Shown one piece after another: positions 7,399-17,056 of a DNA stretch of 64,000 nt (the first letter of the stretch is position 1; each line of letters begins with the position of its first letter). Below the pieces are notes generated by a model. That model saw only the letters and a list, made by a program, of their open reading frames with translations, ran no database searches and was not told where the DNA came from. The position numbers and the translations under genes are program-made. Source of the stretch: an uncultured Gammaproteobacteria bacterium (lineage in GTDB: Bacteria > Patescibacteriota > Microgenomatia > UBA8517). The stretch is taken from assembly GCA_964599625.1 (NCBI GenBank), contig CAZRGC010000002.1, forward strand, positions 7,883-71,882, read 5' to 3'.

Positions 7399-10006
7399 TC
7401 TTCTCGAGGTTTTGTTTCCAGTCGGTATTGTATTTATCGCTTCTTTTGTTTCTTACAAAAGTTTCACTTTTGACACTTGGCTTTTGGGTTGGGACGACCT
7501 TGTACCTGAACTCAACTACCAGCTGAATATTCAAAGAAGTCTGTCTGCTCCCTGGCAAGAATACCAAGGTCTTGGTTTGCTTGGGGGAATGGGGCATGCA
7601 GCGGATTTACCACGACAGTTAATATTGCTGGCGATATCGGTATTTACCAAAGTTTCTCTCGCAAGGTATATCTGGACTTTTCTGATGTTGGTTTTGGGTC
7701 CATTGGGCGTATTTTATTTCTTCAACAAAAAAGGCAAAAGTCTAAGCTTGAAACTTGCCGGAATAGCAGCCTCGGTGTTTTATATTTTCAATTACTCAAC
7801 ACTCCAAACATTCTTTACCCCATTTGAGACTTTTGTTACTTTCTATGGTTTTTTCCCCTGGCTAATTTTATTTGCACAGAAATATTTAAGAGAGGGTAGC
7901 AAATCATCGCTTGTTGCATTTGCGATCACTTCCGTTTTGGGTAGTACTTCGTTTTATGTTCAGACTTTATTTGTTGTTTATGTAATATTTTTGGCCGTTT
8001 TTTGTTTGGAGAGTTTGTTTTTGCATAAGCGGGGTTTAATTAGGTCGTTCATTCTTGGATTTGTGACTTTTGCTGTTTCTGCATATTGGTTTCTGCCCGT
8101 GGGATACTATGCACTTAAAAACTCAAATGTCCCAACCGAATCGCACATAAACTCAATCGCCACACCGGAAACTCAGCTTATGAATAAAGCTAGGGGTGAT
8201 TTTGCCAGTATAGCGACACTTAAAGGCTACTGGTTTGATTATTATGATTGGAATACGTCTGGTGAGTATACTTTGATGTATAAAGATTACATTTGGTATA
8301 CGTCGCAAAGATTGGTTGATATCTCACTTTTTGCATTGTTTATTTTGTCTTTGTTGGGAGCGGTTGCGAATTTGTTTTACAAAAATAACGATAAAGAATT
8401 CAGGTTATCAGTTCCGACACTTTTGTTTATTTGTTATTTTATGCTTGCGGGTGACAATAAACCTTTTGGATCTCTTTATTTATATTTACAAAATAGTTTT
8501 CCGGTTTTCGCAGAAATATTCAGAAATTCGTTTACAAAATGGTCCATACCTGCAAGCTTCTTGTACGCGCTTGGTATCGGGTATTTCATTTCACTTTTCT
8601 CAAGAATATTCAAAGGAAAGCTTGGGGTCTTTGTGAGTTTGGTTCTGGCATCAGTAGTAACTTTCATCTCTGTATTCACTTTGGCTCCGGCTTTGCGCGA
8701 AGGATTTGTATCAAAGACAATGAAAGTAGATCTGCCGGAAAGTTATCTGAATGTTGTTGATTATTTTAACCAAAGACCTGTAAACGGAAGGGTCGCAAGT
8801 TTTCCATTGGCAGATTTTTGGGGATGGAAATTTAACGAGTGGGGTTACCGGGGAAGCGGATATTTGTGGTATGGAATCAAACAGCCCATTTTGGATAGAG
8901 CTTTTGACGTTTGGAGCAAAAACAACGAGTTGGCCTACGAGGATTTGAAGTATGCTTTTGACTATGGCTCCGACGAAGATATCAGTAACGAACTCACAAA
9001 ATATCAAATAAAATATATCTTGTTTGATAAAAGTATTTATATCCCCGGCAATCCAAACTTTTCCAATTTTTCCCAAAAACAATATGCAAGGATTGAGTCT
9101 TTGCCGGGTGTTGTGAAGGATGCAACTTTTGGAGATTTGGTTATTTTTAAAACTGATCTTTTTAATACAAACAACTTTGTATCATCACCTTCGGTGTCAT
9201 ATTTACCAACCTGGGAATTTTCTGAAATTGGCAGACCCGAAATATCTGAGACTTTTTCCGGAAGCCAGGGATATAAAGAAGCACGAAACTGCAGTATTGA
9301 CGGAAGAGGGAGTGTTACAAAAGAAGTGAGAAGTCATGAATATGTTTATACTGCATTGGAAAGCGGTGTGTCGTGTGATTATTTTTATTATCCCGGACTT
9401 GATTACTCAAGAGCCTATGTACTAAGAATTAAAGGTAAAAATGTACAGGGAAGATCTCTTAAATTATATCTTTTTAATGTTGCCAGTGGCCGTGTGGACC
9501 TGGAGGAACTGTTGCCAACAGGGAGCTTTGACGAATATTACCGAATTTATCCAACCACCCATGAACAGTCTGGTGCGGATGGTTTTACATTGAATGTAGA
9601 AACCAGGTCTTTTGGAACTGTGTCTTCGGAAAACAGTATCGATACGATAGAGTTTTACCCGGTTAGTTATACAAAGTTTGAACCTGTTGAGTTGTCAAAT
9701 AGCTTAGAAATTAAAAATGTATCTAAATACGGAACCTGGGGATACAAAGTTCAAAAAGAGGGTTCTGGCTTAATGCAGTTGGGTCAGGGCTTTGATGAGA
9801 GCTGGTTGGCGTTTGGCATAGATCCTGATTCCTGGAAAATGCAGATTTATAAAAATCAAATTTTTAGTTCTTGGTCCAACTCTTGGGATTTGCCAAGATC
9901 ACCCGACACAGTTTATGTATTTTATTGGCCGCAACTTTTGGAGTGGGGAGGTATGATTTTGGGTGCTGTTGCTTTGGGTTGGCTACTAAAGAAGAGTAAA
10001 ACTTGA
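7352..10006 (+). CDS. Large polytopic membrane protein, GT-C/YfhO-like glycosyltransferase
   Basis: Many TM helices; early GWDD acidic loop; FRN...KW motif; large extracellular domain and C-terminal TM. Confidence 0.65.
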   Translation: MNRLSLKKVFSWLKHNLLEVLFPVGIVFIASFVSYKSFTFDTWLLGWDDLVPELNYQLNIQRSLSAPWQEYQGLGLLGGMGHAADLPRQLILLAISVFTKVSLARYIWTFLMLVLGPLGVFYFFNKKGKSLSLKLAGIAASVFYIFNYSTLQTFFTPFETFVTFYGFFPWLILFAQKYLREGSKSSLVAFAITSVLGSTSFYVQTLFVVYVIFLAVFCLESLFLHKRGLIRSFILGFVTFAVSAYWFLPVGYYALKNSNVPTESHINSIATPETQLMNKARGDFASIATLKGYWFDYYDWNTSGEYTLMYKDYIWYTSQRLVDISLFALFILSLLGAVANLFYKNNDKEFRLSVPTLLFICYFMLAGDNKPFGSLYLYLQNSFPVFAEIFRNSFTKWSIPASFLYALGIGYFISLFSRIFKGKLGVFVSLVLASVVTFISVFTLAPALREGFVSKTMKVDLPESYLNVVDYFNQRPVNGRVASFPLADFWGWKFNEWGYRGSGYLWYGIKQPILDRAFDVWSKNNELAYEDLKYAFDYGSDEDISNELTKYQIKYILFDKSIYIPGNPNFSNFSQKQYARIESLPGVVKDATFGDLVIFKTDLFNTNNFVSSPSVSYLPTWEFSEIGRPEISETFSGSQGYKEARNCSIDGRGSVTKEVRSHEYVYTALESGVSCDYFYYPGLDYSRAYVLRIKGKNVQGRSLKLYLFNVASGRVDLEELLPTGSFDEYYRIYPTTHEQSGADGFTLNVETRSFGTVSSENSIDTIEFYPVSYTKFEPVELSNSLEIKNVSKYGTWGYKVQKEGSGLMQLGQGFDESWLAFGIDPDSWKMQIYKNQIFSSWSNSWDLPRSPDTVYVFYWPQLLEWGGMILGAVALGWLLKKSKT

Positions 10007-10031
10007 CACCCCATAGTTTATATGATATAAT
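10003..10031 (+). promoter_or_regulatory. Consensus sigma70 promoter
   Basis: TTGACA(10003-10008)-17 bp-TATAAT(10026-10031), perfect consensus. Confidence 0.8.
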
Positions 10032-10037
10032 TCAAGT

Positions 10038-10180
10038 CTACTTCGGAGGGTTTAGACCTCCATTTTTGCGGAGCCTTTAAGCCCTCCGGAGAGAAATTTT
10101 TACTTTCGAAGTATTAAAATACGGCAGATCCGAGTATTTGTGCCTAATAGGTACGACTGCTCAGGTTTGCCGTTTTTTTT
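10038..10180 (+). ncRNA. Candidate small RNA (~140 nt)
   Basis: Lies between the consensus promoter and a long hairpin ACGGCAGAT...GTTTGCCGT with a T-run. The 5' part has TACTTCG/CGAAGTA and GGAGGGTTTA/TAAGCCCTCC complementarity. No ORF. Confidence 0.55.
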
Positions 10181-10186
10181 GTGGTT

Positions 10187-10543
10187 TTAACTGATTGAGA
10201 AGTGTGATTGAAGATCTAGTTTTGCTGCTATTGCTCTAAGCTCACTCCAGGCTGTTTCCTCGTCTTCGTACCTGTGGTTCCGTCTGGATTCACCAAGACG
10301 TGTCCAATTTTGGTTCCAGAGCTCCCATAATGGGTTTTTGGGGTGCATGTCAGCCATACCCTTGTGACTGGCTATTTCCACAGAAAGGTGGCTTAAACGC
10401 TCCTCCAAAAGCTCTATGTTGCTATTTACCTCCAAACTTTCAATATCTTTTTGCCTTGTTTGCCACAAAAGTCTTGTGACTGTCAGGTATTCTGTGTGGG
10501 TATTTTGGATAAACGATGAATTTACCAATCTTTCCTTTTCCAT
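10187..10543 (-). CDS. Hypothetical protein
   Basis: Open frame. Start moved to MEKER because TATAAT lies 6 nt upstream. Confidence 0.6.
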   Translation of the reverse strand: MEKERLVNSSFIQNTHTEYLTVTRLLWQTRQKDIESLEVNSNIELLEERLSHLSVEIASHKGMADMHPKNPLWELWNQNWTRLGESRRNHRYEDEETAWSELRAIAAKLDLQSHFSIS

Positions 10544-10576
10544 GGCTGAATTATACACCTATGGGCTATTTTTTCC

Positions 10577-10637
10577 AAAAAAAACAGCCCCCGGGTGTAG
10601 TTCGCACGAAGCGAAAAACAACCACGGGGGCCAGTTT
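10577..10637 (-). terminator. Intrinsic terminator of the 10696..12498 genes
   Basis: GCCCCCG.../...CGGGGGC stem with a plus-strand A-run (U-tract on the minus strand). Confidence 0.55.
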
Positions 10638-10695
10638 GTATCGGGTAGGAGCGTAAGAATCCCATTAAACTTAGGCTCACTCTGATCCAAACAAA

Positions 10696-11508
10696 CTACT
10701 TACTTTCAAGCTCGCGCTTGAGACGTTCGATCTCCTCGTAAAGCTGGGAGACAGGCACGGGCGAAACGTGACCATGATTCTGGGCAAAGTCCCAAAGGCC
10801 GGCTTTAACAAGGCTGTCTTTGGTGTCCGGAAACTGATCCAGTCTGTGTGCACCGCCGCGCATGATCGTGTCATCGTCCAACACCAAGATGGTGTTTTCT
10901 CCAGCAAAGGGAACAGACACGGTCGGGAAGGCTGTCTCCACCCATTGACGATTGGCCACTTGCCAGCCTTCGATTTGGGGGGTGACGTTTGCGGGAACCG
11001 CAAAGCCCGACTTCTTGAGAGCGCGGATTGCCGCATCAGCCATATCTTCGCCTGCGTTTGCCCATGTGCCGGGAATCGATTCTTCGATCTCTCTGCCGGC
11101 TTTCCCTGTATCGGGATTCACAATCACGGGGCGCAGTTCTTTGACCGAGCGTACATACAGTCCATCTTTGCCTTCGCCAGTCACAACGACCATGACCGAT
11201 GGAGTCGCATGACCCCAGAATTCGGGTGTGGGGCCGTCGCTGATCACAATGGCGTCAAAATTGTATTCGACAACATTGCCGTTTTCGTCAACCTTGACAT
11301 ATGCCATGTGGCGGCGGGTGCCCCAAGGGTTCCAGAAACCTGCAAAGTCGACGAGGACCGTCAACCAAAGCGGGATCTGAACCTTGATGGTCCAGCGGCG
11401 GAAAAGCGTAACGACGGCGTGCCAACCATTTTTCCCAATGGTGGCGCGATTCTTCCAGAGAAGGTTAAAGGGCACCTTGTGGAAGGGGATAACGATTTGA
11501 GTATTCAT
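10696..11508 (-). CDS. Nudix-fold-like protein with degenerate Nudix box
   Basis: ESIPGTWANAGEDMADAAIRALKKSGF versus Gx5Ex7REUxEExGU; AGGAG SD; GC-rich. Confidence 0.55.
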   Translation of the reverse strand: MNTQIVIPFHKVPFNLLWKNRATIGKNGWHAVVTLFRRWTIKVQIPLWLTVLVDFAGFWNPWGTRRHMAYVKVDENGNVVEYNFDAIVISDGPTPEFWGHATPSVMVVVTGEGKDGLYVRSVKELRPVIVNPDTGKAGREIEESIPGTWANAGEDMADAAIRALKKSGFAVPANVTPQIEGWQVANRQWVETAFPTVSVPFAGENTILVLDDDTIMRGGAHRLDQFPDTKDSLVKAGLWDFAQNHGHVSPVPVSQLYEEIERLKRELESK

Positions 11509-11622
11509 TTTACTAGCTCCTGTTTTTGACAGCGCGTCTTCGGAATCTTCAATTCCTAAATTCGCGTAAAGCTAGAATCACCGGACTTCAACCGATGAAT
11601 GGGATTTTTTTGATGAAAGCGG

Positions 11623-12498
11623 TTAAAGCTCCGCTTCGGGTTCGGGTAAAAGATGTGGGAATTGCCGGCCCCAGAGGGAGAGGAATCTCGACCATATTGA
11701 TGTCGAATAATTTTCTCCGAAAAACGCCAGCTTTTCTTCATCATCCTTAAGGTGTGCGTTGAGGTATTTAGCAACTGTTTCGATCTCAAAAACCATCGGA
11801 CTGCTTACCAAATCATGCCCATCGAAATCCTCGGGTTTCTCTCCGGGGTATTCCTGCATAATTTTTGCGTCCGTAAGAAGTTTCTGAATATCTTCTTTTT
11901 GCATTTCCTCTTTAAGCTCTACTGTAACCAGGTGGTAGGAGATCATGTTTGCGAACTGTGCGTTGTTCTCCCATACCGGTTTGCCCATTTTGTGTTCTGT
12001 AACTTGGGTGACGTTTGAGCTTTCGGCAAGGCCCGGGTAATCGCGGTTAAAAAGTGCGAGTCCCTGGCTGACTTCCGAATCCTTGATCCAGCCTCTTGAG
12101 AATTCGATAAAAAGATCCTTGCCGGCGAACTGATACTTTCTTCTGGCCAGCGCGAACCACTTGAACGAACCTCTATAAGGCACTTTAAGCAACACCATGC
12201 AAACTGCAGTGTTGGGCCCAAAACGCACGACCTGAGTCGTGTCTTCCTTTTTTTGGGGTGACAATACTCTGAATTGTACCCATCTGAGATTAAGATCTTT
12301 GAAGCTGAACTGAGCATTTATTGGGTCCTGAAAACGGATTTGCATCTCGTTTTTTCCGGTACCAACTTTGTCTGCCCAGGCACCCCATTTTCCCAAAGAA
12401 GCACTAACTTCCTTGAGAAGATCTTCACGCCAATGAGAGTTACCCTCTGTGTGGCGTTTTTCCTCAGCCAGGTACGGCTTTGGATAATTGCTTTTCAT
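11623..12498 (-). CDS. Hypothetical protein, possible degenerate Nudix (ADP-ribose pyrophosphatase-like) fold
   Basis: ALARRKYQFAGKDLFIEFSRGWIKDSE resembles the pre-Nudix-box segment; GGAGGAAGG SD. Confidence 0.45.
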   Translation of the reverse strand: MKSNYPKPYLAEEKRHTEGNSHWREDLLKEVSASLGKWGAWADKVGTGKNEMQIRFQDPINAQFSFKDLNLRWVQFRVLSPQKKEDTTQVVRFGPNTAVCMVLLKVPYRGSFKWFALARRKYQFAGKDLFIEFSRGWIKDSEVSQGLALFNRDYPGLAESSNVTQVTEHKMGKPVWENNAQFANMISYHLVTVELKEEMQKEDIQKLLTDAKIMQEYPGEKPEDFDGHDLVSSPMVFEIETVAKYLNAHLKDDEEKLAFFGENYSTSIWSRFLSLWGRQFPHLLPEPEAEL

Positions 12499-12689
12499 TG
12501 TTTCCTTCCTCCGTCGTCAACGGATGGATGTAATAAATCTCTCCCAGAGGCTTCATCCTCTTGGGGGAGTTGGTGTGAACGTGCTTTTGGATTCAATATA
12601 ATCCGTACGTGCATTCTACCATCTGCGGCCTCAAAAGTCAAACATTATGGGATTTAAAACCCTGTTCTAAAATGGCCTTTTGCAAACAG

Positions 12690-12717
12690 TTGACACGCTC
12701 TCAAATTAGGCTATACT
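12690..12717 (+). promoter_or_regulatory. rho promoter
   Basis: TTGACA-16 bp-TATACT. Confidence 0.55.
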
Positions 12718-12811
12718 AATACTTGTACTTACAAGAAAGTATTTCTTCCGTTTTTTCCGAACAGTGCTAGAAAATATTCTTTTTTTATAAATAATTTTGA
12801 CTTAAAAGATC

Positions 12812-14122
12812 ATGGCTTTGAAAAAAACCACAACAACTGCCGATGCAAACGTACAATCGTTAGTCGGTGCACCCCAGGACGCAGGAGCATTGCCTCCCGC
12901 GCCTGTTGCAATGGTCGAGGCGACACCAAATCCTTTGGTTGTTGATGACAGAATGATCCCGGACGCAGGACTTCCTACTGATTTTGTTGAGGGAGTTTTG
13001 GACATTGCCAACGAAGGATCAGGACTTTTGAGACCTTCACATTTTGCGCCAAGCGATCACGACGTGTATATTTCTTCTTCGCAAATCAGAAGATTCAATT
13101 TGAGAGTGGGGGATGTTGTTGGCGGACAGGCAAGACGCCCCAAAGAAAACGAAAGATATTGGGGTCTTTTGAAAGTGGAAAAGGTAAACGGTGAGCCTGT
13201 TGAGAGCTTGGGCAATAGAGCCATATTCGACGACATGGTGGCTATTTATCCGGATGAACAAATCAATTTGTCGACCGACAAAGATACATTAACTACTAGA
13301 ATGATAGATTTAGTCGCTCCAATTGGATTTGGACAAAGGGCGTTGATTGTTGCTCCTCCGAAAGCAGGAAAAACATGGCTTATCAAAGATATTATTTCGG
13401 GAATCGCAAATAACTATCCCGAAGACGGCAAAGACAAGGCAAGGAAAGTTCATGTAATGGCGGTCCTTATTGGCGAACGCCCCGAAGAAGTAACTGATAT
13501 TCAAAGAAAGATGAGAGACGTTACAAACGGACACGGTGAAGTTGCAGCATCAAACTTTGACGAAGCACCACAAGACCAAACAAGAGTAGGGGAACTTGCA
13601 CTTGAGCGCGCAAAGAGGCTTGTGGAAATGGGACGCGACGTTGTTATAGTTTTGGATTCCATCACAAGAATGGCAAGAGCATACAATTTAGCTCTTCCTA
13701 CTTCAGGACGTACACTTTCGGGAGGTTTTGATCCAATGGCACTTTTCCCGGCCAAAAAATTCTTTGGTGCAGCCAGAAAAATTGAAAATGCAGGGTCATT
13801 GACCATTATCGGAACCTGTTTAATTGATACAGGATCCAGAATGGACGATCTTATTTATGAGGAGTTCAAGGGTACGGGCAATATGGAACTTCACCTTAAT
13901 AGGAAACTTGCCGAAAGAAGAATTTATCCTGCAATTGATATCGGTAAATCGGGAACAAGACAAGACGAGCTCCTTTTTGGAATGGCAAAACTTAAAAAAG
14001 TTAATACTTTAAGGCGCATGTTGGACTTAATGGGGGAGGACGAAAGAACAGAAGCCTTAACTTCCAGGCTTGATAAAACAGAAACAAACGACGAGTTTTT
14101 GGAAACCCTCAAGACTGCTTAA
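12812..14122 (+). CDS. rho: Transcription termination factor Rho
   Basis: DVYISSSQIRRFNLR RNA-binding domain; PPKAGKT; ERPEEVTD; DSITRMARAYN; EEFKGTGNMELHL. Confidence 0.98.
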   Translation: MALKKTTTTADANVQSLVGAPQDAGALPPAPVAMVEATPNPLVVDDRMIPDAGLPTDFVEGVLDIANEGSGLLRPSHFAPSDHDVYISSSQIRRFNLRVGDVVGGQARRPKENERYWGLLKVEKVNGEPVESLGNRAIFDDMVAIYPDEQINLSTDKDTLTTRMIDLVAPIGFGQRALIVAPPKAGKTWLIKDIISGIANNYPEDGKDKARKVHVMAVLIGERPEEVTDIQRKMRDVTNGHGEVAASNFDEAPQDQTRVGELALERAKRLVEMGRDVVIVLDSITRMARAYNLALPTSGRTLSGGFDPMALFPAKKFFGAARKIENAGSLTIIGTCLIDTGSRMDDLIYEEFKGTGNMELHLNRKLAERRIYPAIDIGKSGTRQDELLFGMAKLKKVNTLRRMLDLMGEDERTEALTSRLDKTETNDEFLETLKTA

Positions 14123-14307
14123 CTGACTAGCGTGTTTATTTTCCCCAGAGATATGTTGTCAATATGCTTCGTTTAAAAATCGAATACATTTTTTGAACTC
14201 ACTAATTATTTGATTCAGATTTGTTAATATGGTATCGTCTAAATCGATAAATTAAAGTTAAAAAGATCAAAAATAGATCTTCTTGTAGTAGGGAACAGTA
14301 ACAAACA

Positions 14308-15402
14308 ATGGACGATACATTCGAGATATTAATTGCATTGTGGGAGGATATAAAAGACTTCTCCTACGAGCTTACAAAATATATTTTTAAAAGTCTTCAT
14401 ATTAGTTTCTTACGGTTCGAAGAAAAGAAAGGTGTTTTTGTTACAGCACTTTATAGGCAACGCGGAAAACTCTCCAGACGTTTAACTCATTCAGGAATGG
14501 CAGCGATAACTGCGCTTGGTGTAGTTATGGCGCCGATGATAGCACAGGAATTTCCTGGAAGAAGTGTAAACCCCTGGGAGATTGCCTCGGCCCCTGCAGT
14601 GCTTTCCGCATCCACCGATGATCCGGGAATTGATACACAAGTATCTAGTAAAGTAAGAGATAGCATCATTGAATATAAAGTTCAAGAAGGAGATACCATA
14701 AAATCAATCGCGCAAAAATTCGACATTTCGGAAAGCTCTATAAAATGGCAGAACGGGCTTACCAACGACAAAATAAAAATAGGGCAGACGTTAAAAATTC
14801 TTCCCGTTACGGGCATTGCCCACAAAGTCCAAAAAGGCGACACGGTTTACTCTATTGCCAAAAAATACGATTCAGAGTCTCAGGCGGTTGTAGACTTTCC
14901 GTTTAACAGTTTTGCAAACGACGAGACGTTTGAGCTTGCAGTTGGACAGACAATAATTGTTCCCGATGGTGTAATGCCTGCAGCAGCAGTTGCTTCACCA
15001 AGCAGACGCCAGATTACACCCGATGCCGGAACTGTGGTTGCTTCAGGACAGTTTGTCTGGCCTACACAAGGTGTAATCAGTCAGAGATATGCATGGTACC
15101 ATCCTGGAATCGACGTTGCCAATCCTTCAATGCCTGGTGTCGTTGCGGCTGACTCAGGCAAGGTAATATACGCAGGTTGGGATGCAACAGGTTACGGAAA
15201 CATGGTACTTATAGATCACGGAAACGGTTACAGGACACGCTACGGACACTTGAGCCAGATATTTGTAATAAGTGGTCAATCGGTATCCCGTGGATCTTCG
15301 GTGGGAAGAATGGGGAGCACTGGGCGTTCTACAGGGCCACATCTACATTTTGAGATTTATCTTAACGGAACCAGGCTAAACCCGTTGAACTATTTGAGAT
15401 AA
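14308..15402 (+). CDS. LysM-domain M23 peptidase
   Basis: Two LysM repeats (YKVQEGDT, HKVQKGDT); HPGIDVA, YGHL and GPHLHFE motifs. Confidence 0.93.
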   Translation: MDDTFEILIALWEDIKDFSYELTKYIFKSLHISFLRFEEKKGVFVTALYRQRGKLSRRLTHSGMAAITALGVVMAPMIAQEFPGRSVNPWEIASAPAVLSASTDDPGIDTQVSSKVRDSIIEYKVQEGDTIKSIAQKFDISESSIKWQNGLTNDKIKIGQTLKILPVTGIAHKVQKGDTVYSIAKKYDSESQAVVDFPFNSFANDETFELAVGQTIIVPDGVMPAAAVASPSRRQITPDAGTVVASGQFVWPTQGVISQRYAWYHPGIDVANPSMPGVVAADSGKVIYAGWDATGYGNMVLIDHGNGYRTRYGHLSQIFVISGQSVSRGSSVGRMGSTGRSTGPHLHFEIYLNGTRLNPLNYLR

Positions 15403-15406
15403 CAAT

Positions 15407-16156
15407 CTAATCTTCGGGGAAGTAAGTAAAACCAAAAGCCGTTAAAAATCCGGATATTGCAAACAAAATATCACTTATATCTCCGTTCCAATACGTGCCA
15501 ATAGCAGAAGTGTAAGAGAAAATTGTATCAGCGGTTGCCAGCATAATAAACCCAAATACAAAATAAAGAATGTATGGGTGTTTGCTTATTCCTTCCTCGG
15601 TTCTCAGGACTATGAGGGCTGCAGCTGTAAGCATTGAGTCGGCCATCAGATAGACAAAATTTAACATGTTAGTGGGGTCAAAAAAACCAATTCCTGCACT
15701 ATTTTGATATATAAATTGATATAAAATACCAAAAAATATTAGAAAAACTGTAAGGCCTTCCCACAACATTCTTTTTGTCATCTTTTCACCAACCGCCTTA
15801 ATCAAAAATATTATTCCGGCAATTGTTCCGGGGTAAAAAATCAGAAATGAGGCATCTGCCCAAGACGGATAGGGCATCTCCACTTTCAAAAAAATGTTGT
15901 AGTAAGACCAAACCAATAACCCGATTCCATAAAACGAGTTTCCAATTCCAAAAAACAGCGCTGACTTTTTTAGGTTTTGATTTTCGTTTATCTTTGAATA
16001 TTTTACAAAAGCAGTGATGGCGCCAATAAAGAACAGTAGGGAGTAGATAACGTTGACGTAGTAGTTAATGTCTCCCGTTTTAGATCCAAGCGTGTATATC
16101 TGAGCTTCAACGGCAGCAACTGCCAACAATACTAAAATTAAAATCCACCTGATCAT
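15407..16156 (-). CDS. Polytopic membrane protein resembling sensor input modules of DGC/kinases
   Basis: About 7-8 TM helices; PYPSWAD..FL motif; no cytoplasmic output domain. Confidence 0.6.
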   Translation of the reverse strand: MIRWILILVLLAVAAVEAQIYTLGSKTGDINYYVNVIYSLLFFIGAITAFVKYSKINENQNLKKSALFFGIGNSFYGIGLLVWSYYNIFLKVEMPYPSWADASFLIFYPGTIAGIIFLIKAVGEKMTKRMLWEGLTVFLIFFGILYQFIYQNSAGIGFFDPTNMLNFVYLMADSMLTAAALIVLRTEEGISKHPYILYFVFGFIMLATADTIFSYTSAIGTYWNGDISDILFAISGFLTAFGFTYFPED

Positions 16157-16210
16157 GTCTAAATATTTCCATACAAATCTGGGTTAGTCAATTGCGCTAT
16201 AATTTTATTG

Positions 16211-16756
16211 ATGAAAAAGCCTGCCGTGTCATTGGATATTATTGTTCTTTGTATTTCACTGTTTGTAACTTATCTTGCCTGGCGGGTTACTTATATTTTT
16301 CCCCAAGAACAGATACCACTTTATGTTTTTATAATTGGAGTTACTGCCAGTTTCTTTTTGTTCGGTATGGTTTTTTTTCTGACCCGTGCCCAGCTAAAAT
16401 CACAGGAACTGGACATAGAAAGGGCCAGACTTTTGGCTGCAATTGACATTATCCCCATAGGCATTGCAATTACGGATATAAACGGAAATATAGTTCTTTC
16501 CAATTTTGGCCTTTCGGAAGTATTGGGAGAGGTGGGGGTTACCTGGACACTTCAATCTATGAACGATAGGCTATCTGTTTCTGTTGACCTTATGGATTCC
16601 TATAAAACTGCACTGGAAGAAAGACGCACAGTAAGTTGGAAGAAAGTTAATTTTGAAGGAAGAAAGTTGGATATATACTTAAGCCCAATATATTCCTCAG
16701 AGGAGAAGGGCGTGTTTGGAGTGCTTATCTGTATAACCGACGTCACAAGAGCTTAA
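16211..16756 (+). CDS. Two-TM protein with a PAS domain
   Basis: LLAAIDIIPIGIAITDINGNIVLSN...LSPI...GVLICITDVT; ends directly after PAS. Confidence 0.75.
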   Translation: MKKPAVSLDIIVLCISLFVTYLAWRVTYIFPQEQIPLYVFIIGVTASFFLFGMVFFLTRAQLKSQELDIERARLLAAIDIIPIGIAITDINGNIVLSNFGLSEVLGEVGVTWTLQSMNDRLSVSVDLMDSYKTALEERRTVSWKKVNFEGRKLDIYLSPIYSSEEKGVFGVLICITDVTRA

Positions 16757-16811
16757 GTGAGGTTAAAGACTACATTTTTTAGTATAATTCAGGAAGTTTC
16801 CAGTTAAATAT

Positions 16812-16882
16812 GGGCTCGTAGTTAAATGGTATAACGTATCATTCGCATTGATATGTTGGCGGTTCGATTCCGCCCGAGTCCA
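16812..16882 (+). tRNA. tRNA-Ala(CGC)
   Basis: Full cloverleaf: acceptor GGGCTCG/CGAGTCC with G3:U70, anticodon loop TTCGCAT, T-loop TTCGATT. CCA not encoded. Confidence 0.95.
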
Positions 16883-16885
16883 CAA

Positions 16886-16929
16886 GTTCGATTCCCTGCC
16901 TGCCGGCAGGCAGGCGCCCGAGTCCACCA
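16886..16929 (+). repeat. Duplicated tRNA 3' end interrupted by a 20-bp palindrome
   Basis: GTTCGATTC + CCTGCCTGCCGGCAGGCAGG (16895-16914) + CGCCCGAGTCCACCA. Confidence 0.9.
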
Positions 16930-16940
16930 GGGTAGGGAAA

Positions 16941-17051
16941 AGTGATTAGGGATTGGTGAATAGTTGGAAACAAAAAATATTTTTCTAGAATGATCAGTGA
17001 GCGTCGATTAGTAATCAGTAACTAATCACTATTCACTAATATCTAATCACT
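16941..17051. repeat. Heptamer-based imperfect inverted repeat (gene-less)
   Basis: AGTGATTAGGGATTGGTGAATAGT versus the reverse complement of ACTATTCACTAATATCTAATCACT. Confidence 0.75.
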
Positions 17052-17056
17052 ATCGT

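Noticed and set aside
10768-11529. 253-aa plus-strand ORF
   Set aside because: Antisense to the GC-rich 10696..11508 gene, which has the SD, operon context and terminator.
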